Below are positions 11,221 through 24,232 of a DNA stretch of 64,000 bases, piece by piece. The notes under the pieces were generated by a model. It was not told where the DNA came from, searched no databases, and was given only the letters and a program-made list of their open reading frames with translations. Origin of the DNA: Podarcis vaucheri. Lineage: Eukaryota. The stretch is from the NCBI GenBank assembly GCA_965113315.1, contig OZ220372.1; one strand, given 5' to 3'. Both the position numbers and the translations under genes were made by a program. Numbering within the stretch: the first letter of the stretch is position 1; the number at the start of each line of letters is the position of its first letter.

Positions 11221-14042
11221 TGAAATGCCCCTTATCAGAGGTACTACCCCTCCCCTAACACTCCATACACATTTAAATATGTATGTCTGAGATAACCATA
11301 TCTACTTCCTATGTTTCCTCTTTGTTGAATTTTTGACTGTAATGCCTTCATGGCAGGGGCCTCTGGCACTTCATTTGTGTGAGTGGCATTCACAGCCTGG
11401 AGTTATAAAAACAAAATAATTGTATATGCATCTCCAGGTGATGCACTGGGTGAGAAATTTTGTTCTCTAGCTCATTTGGATTTTATACCACCTACAGTGC
11501 AGGATTAGAGCTTTTTTGTGTCCGGATTTTAATGTTGACATCTGGGCATTCTCTGTCTTTGGCAGCTTATTCCCTCATATTACAATTTAATGTGATGGGA
11601 GAGTCACTTTCATGGCTGAAAGTGTCCACATGAGAATGATTGATACTTTCATTTAGCTCACAGAAAAAGCACTTGTGCTGCTGGGCCACTCAACACATGC
11701 ATCTTTTTCTAGTGTGTTAATTGTTCCCAGATGATAGTTTGACACAAATGAGTGCCTCACAGAAGCGTCCCTATACTTTAGATTGCAGCATGAGGTCAAG
11801 CTCTGTTTCCTCTTCTGCTTCTGTAAATAGCCAGAGCCTGCGTGGCTGCTTGCTTTTATATCATATTTCCAGTTGCTGCTGGTGGTAATACAGAATGAAG
11901 AGAAACGAAGGATTGTGATTTCTCCTTGGAGATCATTAATGTGCCTCAAGTTCACTGCTATCCTGTAGCCATCTTTTGCTTTGAAATGTTCTGCCACAAC
12001 TGATTGATTAGATGGGCTTAGTTCATTTGAAACTGTATCAGCTATGTGGTGGGGAGATGGAGTTTAGAAGGTTCAATGCTCTTGTTAAGACCCACTTCCT
12101 AACTCTTGTAAAGAAAAGTGTGTGTTCCATTCACAGTTGAGGGGGAAAAATAATAGTATTTTTATCTCCAGTGTGTGTCTCATGAAACTCCATAAAGCTG
12201 TATTCTTCCTATGACTGCCCATCAAAATAAGTTATTGTGCTGCTTTTTCTTGAATTCTGAGTTTAACAAAGTAGTAAAGCAAAACATATTATGGCTGTTC
12301 TTCAGTGGATGAGGTTTAAAATACATTTCAGTTCTGCAGAGCTGCTAACCAAACAGATTCAACAATTGTGCTCACACGCTGCCACCCTGTCATGGCAAGT
12401 TGTCAGACGGAGCTGCAGAGTGGGACAGCTGACCTCCGCTCTTGGTGATTTCTGCTCCTTCCACGCATCCAGTGGGCAATTGGGATTTTTGAAATGCAAC
12501 AGGCAACATAGAGAAAGCCAGCAGGACTCTGCTCACCTCTAAGCCCTTTAGTTTGTCATGGACATTGTACTGTGTTTCAAGGGTGCAACATAGGACCTTG
12601 TCCCTTGCGACTGGGCAAACCCTGGTGACCACAGGTACTATGCTTAAAGATTTGGGTTTCTGATTCTTGACGATAAGTTCTGGTTGAACTCTGAACTTCT
12701 TGTTTCTGTTTGAAAAAGAGCTGCATGGATTATAATTGAAACCTTGCCCCCCATACAGCTGCTCACCGTTGAAAGTTAGACTAGTGTTCACCTTACCTAC
12801 TTTCATGAATGTTGGCACTCATGACAGCAGCAACACACTGTCAAGTAGGTCAGGCGTAAAATGCAACTGACATCTAATGTGCAACCAAGTGGGAATATTT
12901 TTTCATTAGTTTGTCAGCGTCTCATCCTCTTGATGAGCGAAGGCAACAGCACTAAATAAACAAAGTACAAAGGGGGCATGCTGTAATGTATACTTGTACT
13001 GTATTGGCTGTATTATCCTCCCTGTTGTATTAATCAGCATGACTTACAAGGATGATACCCAGTGAAATTATTATGACCACTGTGGAAGAGTGTGTTCATA
13101 TGAAACACAACAAGACTAGAAGAGGTGATTTGTAGTTTCTGGGAGGAGTAGGAAACACTTAGATCTAGATCTTTGGAGAAGATGTGTTTTCTAGATTATA
13201 TCTGCAGTGCCCCAGTTCATACATTTGCAGCAATGGAAGGTGGATATGTGGAGCAAGTCTCTGCCCCTGAATATGATCTGGGCCCTCTCTACATGATCTT
13301 CATCCACGTTGAAGTCTGTTTATCTGTTTGTTTATAGCATTTGTACTCTTCACTTCAGCCAAAAGGCTCCCAGAGTAGCAGTGCTGGAGAGAGGGGCTTG
13401 TACTGTTTCAAAAAAGAAAGAAAGAAAAAATTGCCCAGCTACTTTGTACGCGTGCATCCCCCCCCCCTGAAAAGCTCGACAGCTTTTGTGTCTGGATTTT
13501 GACTTTTTGAAATATGGCAACCCTAGACTAAAGACAAGCACCTATGGTTGGATAACCCTCCTGGTTCGCAGCACCAGGTATACAGTGCCTTGTAAAGTTT
13601 GTACAACAAAACAGAGCCTGATCATCACAGTCCCCAGCCCCCCTAAGAAGAGGCTGTGTATGACTGGGTAGGGGTGGGAGCAAGGATCCAAAAACCTAGC
13701 CTCCTTTCACTGGCTTTCTCAGTGCAGAGACCCCAGCTTAGGAAACAGTTCTTTTTTACTTCAACAGAAGAAAATCAACGAGAAAATACCCAAATGTATT
13801 TTCTCTCAAAAATGACCTGACACATTTCAAACTTGACAAGTCATATCTATATATAATTTCATTTTTAAAACATAAAAAAGAGGCAGCTTTCTTTATTCAC
13901 CTTCCATCTTTCTAAATTTTTTTTTAGAAGTATTTTTTGGTCACAAATTGGTGAAGCTCTTGTTTCTGGAATGCATATTAATTCATTCCAGTGTGATGGT
14001 ACTGAACACTTGCCTATACTGTAAAGAGTACAGGATATAATG

Positions 14043-14125
14043 CAGGCATGGGCAAACTCAGCCCTCCAGATGTTTTGGGAATTGTAGTCTCAAAACATCT
14101 GGAGGGCCATGTTTGCCTATGCCTG
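14043..14125. mobile_element. 83-bp hAT-type MITE, near-perfect hairpin
   Basis: TIR caggcatgggcaaac / gtttgcctatgcctg; perfect 8-bp TSD atataatg at 14035-14042 and 14126-14133. Confidence 0.93.
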
Positions 14126-14635
14126 ATATAATGGAACTCTCCCAGAAATCTGGGAGAAGAAAATCTTGTCCAGGGAAGCCCCAGACATAACTTTATGAAA
14201 CTTGTTGCCAAGTTTCCAACAATGTAACAAAGAGGTTTGTTTGCCCCATATTTTATTGCAAGCTTTGCTTTAACTACTTCCTAGATGAATGTCCATCCAT
14301 TCCTGATGTACCAAGGTCTAAAACAAAAGAAGCATTGGGGGAATATGGTGAAAAAAATGTGAGCATGCCTTCAGAAATCGTTGGCAGATTGGGGGCATTT
14401 TTTAAGTATTGCTACTGGTTTCATATAACCTCCAATGAGGAGGTTCAAAGCCATGGAAAATCCTTCCTCTGCAACCACATAATTGTTTGCAGATTCAGAA
14501 ACCCTTCACTATGTTAGTTCACATTTCAGAAAACCATCTTCTGAGAAAGTGCTTAAAACAGTTTAGTACACGAAGGGAAAGACTGCTGACAGTCAAGTCT
14601 ACTTTAAACACTAAGCAGTACATTTGCAGTTTTAT

Positions 14636-14775
14636 GTAACTCAGTTGATAGAGCATGAGACTCTTAATCTCAGGATTGTGGGTTCGAGCCCCATGCTGGA
14701 CAAAGGATTCCTGCATTGCAGGGGGTCAGACTAGTTGACCCTTGTGGTCCCTTCCAGCTCCACAATTCTATGATC
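14636..14775 (+). mobile_element. tRNA-Lys(CTT)-derived SINE with CR1 3' tail
   Basis: Head ctcagttgatagagcatgagactcttaatctcagg...ggttcgagccc (A/B boxes); tail tgcaggggg...cccttcca...attctatgat matches CR1 end at 24176-24230. Confidence 0.85.
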
Positions 14776-16561
14776 TAGTATTGTGCATGTCCATTATCTT
14801 TAAGTAAGTAAGGCACTAGTTGGAAAACAAGGTCTATTCTGCTTCGCACTATAAAAGTGCACACCTCTTGTTGTATATGGGTTCTAGGATTTACTTGATA
14901 CCACTGAGTATTTGAGTTCCTTGAATGGTTCTGTTAGCTAGAATCGGAAGAAAATCATCAGTGCACTGATTCAGTTACCGTAATGCATATTCACAGTTGT
15001 GGGTAAAATGTGTGTGACTGTAAAGATTCACTTTGAGTTCCATGTTGTTCCTTGTACAAAAGTGACCAAGTTTATATCCCAAGTCCCCAACAGATGTTTT
15101 ATTGTCATATTCCATTTATTATTTATTCCTTAAGGCTTAGCATCCTCTGGTAGATTAGAAAAACAGTGGGGTGTCACCACTGCTCTTGTACCCTTTCCTG
15201 CTTAATGAGCAGGCTTGTTCAGTCACAACACTTTTACTTTGAGACATTCTGCGAGACATTGATCACTAATCAGCTCTCTAATGGACTGTATGTCACAGAA
15301 ATATATGCAATAGTTATAAAAATTAATGGAGCTTGATTGTACAGAAGTGAGCATAGTCTTCTAGTAGAGTTATGAGAATACACAATACAAAGAGCTGAGG
15401 TTACAGAGTGGGTCAAACGTTGGCATTTAATTCATGTCAGGGTATTAATAGGTTCTGGAATGTGCAATATAACTGTTAAGCATTTTCTTCAATGGTTTTG
15501 CTGAAGTTTTAACCAGTGTCTCTAACTTTTCCTGAAGTTTTGCAAGTTGTAGTATTTATCTAAGAATGTGTTAAAAAAGTTGTTTCTGCTTCTTTGGCGC
15601 TATTCACATATTTCAGTTCTATTGCACCTAGAATAGTATCCACAAAGAGAACAGTAGCAGACCTCAGGTATGCTCCCTCCAACCCACTCCTCTCACTGTG
15701 AAAACATGTGAACAGCCAAATAGGAGATGCTGAAGTTATTTCAGCCCATTAAGGTTTCACTTTTTGCAGTGCGAGAAGAAACCTAAAAGGAGTGATCCCA
15801 AAACTCATTCCCACTGTTTATCCAGGAATGGAAGGGGGGAGGATCTGAACAAAGTGAGCTTTGTTCAGTTGCTTTGGTTTCACATGAATCTAATATAGGT
15901 CTTAACCAATCTCTCACAAAAATGCTTATTTCACACTTTTGAAAGTAAGGTATCATGATTAAAGTGTATTTTTAACCCTCTAGTTTTATATTAGATTTCC
16001 TCTGATGTACATTGCCAGTTAAAAGGTGCTGGGAGAGGGATTCATTTCCTTCCCTGCTTTGAATTGCCTTCACTAGTGTTTTTTGAAACCTCTTTATAAA
16101 TTGTTGTCTCCTTGCCAATGGACCGTGCTTTCCAGACATTCCCTGGATAGTACTTTCACTAGCAAACATCTAATAAGTTGCATTCATTGTATCAGTGGTG
16201 TAGCTGACAGTACACGATGTAAACCGTTCTTTGCTACTCAAGGGCAACTTGAGAGAGATTGAATATTTCCTTATTCATCTTTTCTAAGTGTGGGCCTGCT
16301 GGTTCATGCTACTTCATCCCAGTTCACCTTTGCTCCTTCAGTCTCAAAGACCTGCAAAAACAGCTATCAGGAAAATACCAGAGTGAAACAGACTTAATCG
16401 CTTATTAATTCTGGTTTCTGTGGTGTGCAACTTGTGGAAGTTGATTTAGCAGATAATCTTCTCCGTATTAGATTCCCAATTTGTCAAGAGCTGAGCAAAA
16501 GAGTGACATGACCATTGATATCTTCAATTTGTAACATATGCACCCAACCTGCCTACTCCAC

Positions 16562-16608
<47 letters not shown>

Positions 16609-16830
16609 TCCCGCCCTCCCCAGCCGAAGCCGGGCTCAGAGCAGCTAACAACAGTAAAATGATACAACATTCTAAAATCATTTCATTATAAAATCAGTTC
16701 AAATCAGATTAATGGCAACCATTGGGCTAGAGTTCTGTGAGGATTGCCAAAGGAGGGGGTCAGGCTGAGCCCTGGCCAAAGGCCTGGTGGAACAGCTCTG
16801 TCTTGCAGGCCCTGCGGAAAGATGTCAAGT
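16562..16830 (-). mobile_element. L2-like LINE 3' end with (TAA)n microsatellite
   Basis: (TAA)n at 16562-16607, then tatcccgccctccccagccgaagccgggctcagagc...ccaaaggcctggtggaacagctctgtctt. Confidence 0.7.
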
Positions 16831-17334
16831 TTATAGAAGATTATAGAAGCCATGGAGCTGGTCTATTGTATTTGTGTGAATTGCAACACAGAATCAGTCA
16901 AGTGGAAACTCAAATCTCTTTGTGATTTTAACCCACCCCAACCTGTTTTGATTTTCTGCTGAGGTCTGTCTTCTCTATTTTTAGTTCTCTTCCTAGAATC
17001 TGTACTGCATTTAATGTTTTGGCCCTTTTAAAAAGTAGTGCTATGTTTATGTAATATCCTATTAAGTCCCAATTTAAATGTTTTGATCCTGATCTGTCCT
17101 GGGATTTGTTTCTTTCCCTCTGTAGAAAACTTCAAGAAATGCCTAAACCAGCAAAACCTACAAGGCAGTTACTTATTTACCCAACTAACAGAATAAAGCT
17201 GTTTCTTAACAAGTCCTGAGGGGATCACATGATGAGGAGCAACTATGTCTCTGAGGATAGCCATGCATGTGTATTTATTCAATGTAAAAGATATTGGCGT
17301 TGCATTTTCTAATCCTTTTAAATTTATTTTTTAG

Positions 17335-17439
17335 ACATCACGCTCTTCAAAGAAAGTTCATAATTTTGGGAAGAGGTCAAATTCAATAAAAAGGAACCCC
17401 AATGCACCTGTTGTTCGACGAGGCTGGCTTTATAAGCAG
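17335..17439 (+). CDS. PLEKHA5: PLEKHA5 coding exon (TSRSSKKVHNFGKRSNSIKRNPNAPVVRRGWLYKQ; start of PH domain)
   Basis: tttttag| ... |gtatta; 105 bp, phase 0-0; GWLYKQ PH beta1 motif. Confidence 0.97.
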
Positions 17440-18884
17440 GTATTATTCCTTCCTGAGCATGATATAAATAATAACAACTTTATCTGAAGTGATGTGTTTG
17501 TAATTATGGGTGATAACCTCTTCCAATACACACTTTTAATATTCCTCAATATATGATGCTGGAAATTTGCTAATGGCATGCCCGAGAGAATCCTGTAATT
17601 GCCAATTAGTGATTTCCCTTTTTGAGTTTCTTGACGAAAATGGTGAACCACAGTGCTGTAAGGGTTTGCTGGCCCTATTAGTGAATATTCCATTTGAGAC
17701 ACAGCAGTAATTTCAGGGTTGTATCCAGTGCTGTGCAAGTGGAGTTCTGTTTGCACAGTGTTTCTTTTCTTAGAAACATTGTTTCTATTCCTCCCCCTGA
17801 CAAAGAATACTTCAACCCTCTGGAACTAATTGTCAGGGCATGTGAGGGGCTGGAAAGAAAGTTCCTTCTCTCCCCAGAGCTTTCCAGGCACATGTAGTCC
17901 CTGAAAAAACTTCTAAGGGCTTGGTTGTTTTATTGAACAATGTGGGGTGGGACATGAGGGGTTGCCGGGGGGGGGAGGATGAGGGGGTTGCCCCAAACTG
18001 GGCTCAGAATCTAAGTGAAGGCAACGTAAGGAAATAACTCCCCACACACATGCTCCACCTGTGCCTCATTCCGCTTTGTTGAAGGGGCCATTGTGGAGAG
18101 GCTTTTCAGTAGTACAGGTAGATATTACCTCCCACGAACTTCCTTAAATTATCCTATTATTCAAGCCCCTGGCTCAGATTTCAGGGTGATAGGAACCTAC
18201 CTCTGTCTAGTGTTCTGGGATCAGTAGTGACAGGTTTAGCTCACACTCGAGCGGTGTCATCAAGTGACGGACTTCAATTTCACCCATTTTTAAAATGTTG
18301 CTAATAATCACCTAACACTTTTGCTTTACCCAAGCTTTCATCTTTGTAGTATAACTCAATTGGCATTCTATATTTTGCGATGTCTATTGATGAAACCTGT
18401 TCATGGAGTCAGGAACATTGTTACTTTGATTGCATTTTTAAGTTACTAGATGCTGCTGAAAGAGTTTCATTAAATGACAATCAATAATGCCAGCTACAGC
18501 CTTTAAGCAGCTGTCACAGGGCAGAACTTCTGCTTTTATTTTTGTATTAATGAACTAAGTAATTGAGTATGGAGTTTATTGGCGGCTAGTCACGGAATAG
18601 AAATTAGACAACTCTTTGAGATTTACATGGCATGTGCACCCTATTTTTCTCTGAAGAAAGCTTATAGCATCTGGAATAAGATAATTGGCTTCCGTACTTT
18701 GGCTTTTTGATACAGCCAAATATTTTGCTTGTAACTGGTTTGAAGCACTGTTTACACCACAAAAGGTAATCCCACTGTCAAACATTTTTTTTAAAAAAAA
18801 AATATAAAGTGTCAGACATGTACAGGGGATGAGATGTTTTGAATCCCTATGCCAGAAGCCTCCTGCACATGCAAAACTAAGTCA

Positions 18885-19036
18885 GCCTGGATAGCTCAGT
18901 TGGTTCGAGAGTAGTGCAGATAATGCCAAGGTTGCAGGTTTGATCTCCGTATGGGTTAACTTAGTATTCCTGCCTTGCAGGGGGTTGGACTAGATGACCC
19001 TCAGGGTCACTTCCAACTCTACAATCCTATGAGTCT
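18885..19036 (+). mobile_element. tRNA-Ile-derived SINE with CR1 3' tail
   Basis: Head tagctcagttggttcgagagtagtgcagataatgccaaggttgcaggtttgatctccgtatggg resembles tRNA-Ile; tail tgcagggggttggactagatgacc...ttccaactct. Confidence 0.82.
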
Positions 19037-19629
19037 AACATCTGGAGACCCCAGGATGGGAAATGCTGATATATAAACTAGTTTTCCATTTGTAGTGCCC
19101 TTGAGAGAACGTTACCACGTTCCGCGCAATAAAAGTTACAAACCCAGGTATATAACTATTACTTCGGCATATGCAAGATAACATGCTTGCCTCTTTTAAT
19201 ATGCAAAGCTAGTAATAAGCTGTAGTGCTATGGTGGGGAACTATGACCTTCCAGGTTCTGTTGGACTACAACTTCCATCATTCTCCCATCCAATGGAAGC
19301 TGGGGTCAAGCAAACTCTTAGAAGTACCTTTCCTCTCAATATTCAGGGGGGAAACCACTTTCTTTCAACTAAAGAAAGGATAATCTGCCAAAATACTGTA
19401 GAACCAAACTAGCCATGCCACGTTCTGCAGCTATGCTATAGCATAGTCATATACTTGTACTACAGTTAGTTATTTTATTAACGGCATTTATACTCTGCCT
19501 GTTCAACATTATTCATACTGCCAAAGTAATAAGAAACAAATGTATTCTGTAAAAAAGAGGGAGGGGACTTACATGCTAGCACAACAAACGAAAGCATCAG
19601 TTCAAATAGATAATAAAATCAAAACTGCC

Positions 19630-20050
19630 CTAATTCTTTTTATTTTATTTATGAAAGCAGCTTAACATGAAGAGTTCTTAAAAGCTTGAGAAAACAGACA
19701 GGTGTTTGCCTGGCATTTAAATGACAGCAACAAGGGTGCCAGGTGGGGTTCCTCAAGGAGGGCATTCCAAAACCCAGGAGCCACCCTAAAAGGGTTCTCT
19801 CTCTCTGGTCACCAGCTGTCACACTCTACATGACAGTGGTGCCTAGAGAGAGATTCAGATAACATTCCTGAAGTACAAGCAAATTGATATGAGAGTGACA
19901 GGCCAACAGGTATTTGAGTTCTAAGCTATGCAGAGTTTTAAAGGTTAAGATGAGAACTTTGAATTGAGTTTGGAAGCTTACAGGGACCCAGTGGATTTGT
20001 TGCAATACAACTGAGATATTATCTCTTTACCCAGTCAATGTTAGTGATCT
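19630..20050 (-). mobile_element. Degraded L2-like LINE fragment
   Basis: ggagggcattccaaaacccaggagccacc and tttaaaggttaagatgagaactttgaattgagtttggaa resemble antisense L2 3' region. Confidence 0.55.
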
Positions 20051-20066
20051 GGCGCTCTCTCTCTCG

Positions 20067-20067
<1 letters not shown>

Positions 20068-20110
<43 letters not shown>
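20068..20110. repeat. (TG)n microsatellite
   Basis: Directly visible. Confidence 0.97.
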
Positions 20111-20112
<2 letters not shown>

Positions 20113-22593
20113 AAGACTATCTATTTTGAATAAATAGACTACCTGCATTTTTAAAACTGTTGTCAGCTTCAAATACTTTTAGGTACAAAATTTGCATCAG
20201 TACTTAAAATACGTTGAGAGATGCATTTGGAATACGTGAGTTAAAAACAAAACAAACAAGACAGAACAGAGAAGAAATCATCGGTGGGGGCATTTTATTT
20301 TTGTTTAGTAGTCATTAAATGCTTGGGAAAGTAGCATATTTGTTTGAAAGAAGATTGTCAGAGGAGAAGCTGGAACCTTGAGTAGAATTTGGGGTTAGAA
20401 ATCCATAAAATTCCTAAGTAAAAGTGGAACATCTAAATACTTGCTTTTCTACTTAGGGGTGCATAACTTGAGAACAAGAAAACGGACACATCTGATGAGA
20501 GATCTTAGCAAAATAGTATACCAACTGCACTTTTCTGTTTTAAGAATATTCAAAGATTTGGCATTCATTATTCTGCCACCCCTAAATATCATCTCAAGCC
20601 CATTCATCAGGAGAGTATTTAAAATTCACTAAAACCTTTTCTTCTTTAGGCCGATATTAACATATTTATTAAATTTTATTATCGGAGGATGCACACACAC
20701 AGCTGTGGTAGCGGTAGCCATTCATTCTGTGAAACACATTGCAAATTGATTATAGACATAAAAGCAAATAAAATTACTTCAGGAATAAAGTTTTTTGTAT
20801 CTGGAGGCATTTACTTGACAGTAACAGTATGGCCGATAAAAAGAGTAAAAACACTTTATGGGAAATGTGTTTTCCTTTCCCACATTTTATTGTTCTTTAT
20901 ATCCTGCCTTTCCTCCAAGGAGCTTAAGCTGGCATACATTATTCTCTTCTCTCCCCTCCTATTTTTCCCCCACAACAACCCTTTGAAGTAGACTAGGCTG
21001 ATATTGTGTCCATAAGAAGCTGCCTTATACGGAGCAAACCATTGGTTTATCTAGCCCAGTATTGACATAGGAAGCTGCCTTATATTTGGCCAGGCTGTTA
21101 GCCCATCTATCCCAATTTTGGCTACTCTCAGTGGCAGCAGTTCTCCGGGGTCTCTGGCGGAGTTAATCTCCCATCACCACCTACATGAACCTTTTCGAGA
21201 TTGTAGGAATTGAAGCCAGAACCTACCCCAGTGCTGCCTGTTCTGTCAGCAGCTCTCCCAAGATCTAGGTATTGAAGTTAGATCCCTAAGTAGTGATGTT
21301 AGAGTGAGAATGTGTGAACCTCCACATGCAAAGGATGTGCTCTTTACTCAGCAAAAGTCTCTCACCCCGAAGTTCCAGAAGTATCCATCTACAGAGCTTT
21401 TATAGCTACCTTCCACATAAGTTAAATTAGGAGCTTGTGGGTTTGGCACTAGTTGCTTCTTCACTGTACCACTAAGAGTGTGCACATTTTTGAAAGAGCT
21501 GGGGCTTCTAGCATTCTAAATCTGTCGGGTTTCTAGATACTCAGTTTGCTGCTCAGTGTCATCTCCTTGCAACCAGGAAGGATTTGTAAGTGATGAGATG
21601 CCCACCTCTCTCACCATCTGTGAAGTCTTCTTCAGGCACTTGGTGACTGGCTATAATTGCTTGGGTGAAATGGACAGTTGTTCTCTGCTTACTCAGGGCT
21701 GGTTTACACGAACATGTATATTACTTGATCTCATTGCTCAGCTGTTCTCAGATAAATGTGCCTCTACTGAAAATTACAAAGAAGAGCCCTGCTGGATCAG
21801 GACAAAGGTCTCTCTAGCCAAGCATCCCAAACACAGTGGCTGACTGATGCATCTGGAAAGCCCATGTGGGCAATAAGTCATTTTATGCAATTGTTTCCAG
21901 CAACTGTTTTTCAGAGGCATCCTCTGCGAAGTGCATGTTTCCAAATAAAATCCTAAAGATAAGAAAATTAACATTTTGAGAAATTAATTTATGAGATAAA
22001 TCACTCTCTATCAAGCATATGCAACTTGTTCTTCAGAGGTATGCTGCCTTTGAACATGGCAATAGCATTTAGACACTATCTGATGAGGAGTTCTATTTGT
22101 GGTGATGAACCTTTAGTGGCTTCCTCACAGATATAACAATGCTACAGTCAACCAGTGAAATCACTCACAAACGCTGTATAATGACTTCACAGTTGCAGTG
22201 CTGAACTCTGGCTTTTAGAGCTGAGGCTTGGTGAGCTTGAGCTCAAGTTAAACCTTTGACCTAGGACAGGCACCACATTCTCCTGTGGTGAGGAGGGCAA
22301 GGCAGCAGTGGCACTTTTCTTTTTACACCTGTATATATATTCCATATAACTTCTGAAGAAGACCTTGTATTGGTAGCACATACTCCCCATTACATGACCC
22401 CCTCCAAAGCAAAAGGGTGTCAGGAAGGGGCCTGCATTTCGCTCACAGCAAGTGCAGGTGCCACCTCAAGCGTCACAAGAGGGGGTTGCTGGCTCTTATT
22501 TTGCCAGTTTCCTTAATGTGCTATTGTCTGTTAAATGTCATCGAAGCCTTTAAATTGTTGATTCTTATGGATTGTGTGTTTTATTTCATACAG

Positions 22594-22666
22594 GATAGCA
22601 CTGGCATGAAGCTATGGAAGAAGCGATGGTTTGTTCTGTCCGATCTGTGCCTCTTCTATTATCGGG
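22594..22666 (+). CDS. PLEKHA5: PLEKHA5 coding exon (DSTGMKLWKKRWFVLSDLCLFYYR; PH domain)
   Basis: atacag| ... |gtaagt; 73 bp, phase 0-1; WKKRWFVL PH signature. Confidence 0.97.
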
Positions 22667-23856
22667 GTAAGTTTCTGATTGTTAGAGGCTAACCTAGGCC
22701 TTCCAAAGATGGCATATGTTGAACTTTTAAAATAAAGGTTTTGAAACTGTCCTGCTGATATAAACTTAAAAGGGTTAATTTAACCCTAAACGAAACGTGC
22801 TCCACAGAACATGTGTGGTTATTTGATGAGAACTGCATCATAAGACAAGACTGTGTAAAGGAACTCTCTGAATTGCAGTGTAAATAATGTAACTTCTTTT
22901 CTTTCTGTTGACCTGATGCACTGCCAGAGGCTATGTCTGATGTTGTTTCCTATTATTCCACCCATTTGCAAACAAAATAATTCTTGCATCTGCAAGAATT
23001 TAGAAAATTAGGATTTTGTAAAGTTCACACACTTGACTGTTGTGCCCAGAGAACCCTCCTATTCCTCTTAATTCACTAGTTCCATGCAATAAGGCAGTTC
23101 TAAGTGCTTTTTGTGTAGCTAGTGAGGGGTGGGGTGATGTGAAGAAGCAGGTTTACAAGAAGCTTAACTACAAGCGACCCAGGGCAACTCTTTTTAAAGC
23201 ATTCCCCCCCCCATGTAACTTGTTGACATTGTAAACCAGGGATGGGGAACCTGCAGTCCTCCAGGTGTTAGCTACAGCTTCTACCATCCTGGCCACTAGC
23301 CATTCCAACAACTTTTCTAGAGTCACAGATCCCCTACTCTTGTTCTGACTAGAACTATTCTTCCCCTGCCTTTGGAATGAAAAGTGTGCATGTACCTTGT
23401 TCACCACCAATGGCTACATGAAAGTCTTTCATGAGCTGAAAGTATTTATAGGATTAATGTTTGCTGTTTCAGTCCATTATACATTAAATATGCATTACTG
23501 AGGGATAACCACTCTCCTTCCAGCTGATTCTCATAATAATTATAAACTAAAAACATTCAGAATAGCAATCTGTTTGTTGTCTTGATAACTCTGCACTGCA
23601 TTTGATGTTTATGGCCTGTAGATCCAGTAAACTGTGACTAGACTGGATAGTTTGGCAAAGATCATGGTGGGCTTCAAAAGTAAATATAACATTTGAAACA
23701 TTTAATATAAGTTAAGCTCTTAGTAACTTTGTCCTTTATTATCTAACTTTTTTCAGCATAATACTCTAAAATTCTTCAACTTGCCCCAGGACAAACTTCT
23801 AAAAATATATTTTACATTGTTTATGCTTAAGATGTGCAAAACGCCATGTTCATGTT

Positions 23857-24232
23857 GGAGCTGGGCATGTTTAGCCTGGAGAAGAGGAGGTTAAGGGGTG
23901 ATATGATAGCCATGTTCAAATATATAAAAGGATGTCACATAGAGGAGGGAGAAAGGTTGTTTTCTGCTGCTCCAGAGAAGCGGACACGGAGCAATGGATT
24001 CAAACTACAAGAAAGAAGATTCCACCTAAACATTAGGAAGAACTTCCTGACAGTAAGAGCTGTTCGACAGTGGAATTTGCTGCCAAGGAGTGTGGTGGAG
24101 TCCCCTACTTTGGAGGTCTTTAAGCAGAGGCTTAACAACCATATGTCAGGAGTGCTCTGATGGTGTTTCCTGCTTGGCAGGGGGTTGGACTCGATGGCCC
24201 TTGTGGTCTCTTCCAACTCTATGATTCTATGT
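23857..24232 (+). mobile_element. 5'-truncated CR1 LINE (ORF2 C-terminus plus 3' UTR)
   Basis: Open frame [26 protein letters not shown]...[14 protein letters not shown]...FKQRL, stop at 24160; tail ccaactctatgattctat. Confidence 0.95.

Noticed and set aside
11653-12818. Antisense ORFs (114 and 142 aa) or an internal promoter
   Set aside because: No recognisable domain, CpG island or splice structure; lengths are compatible with chance
14636-14705. Functional tRNA-Lys gene (likewise tRNA-Ile at 18885)
   Set aside because: Acceptor stems are degenerate and the sequences run directly into CR1-derived tails, so these are SINE heads
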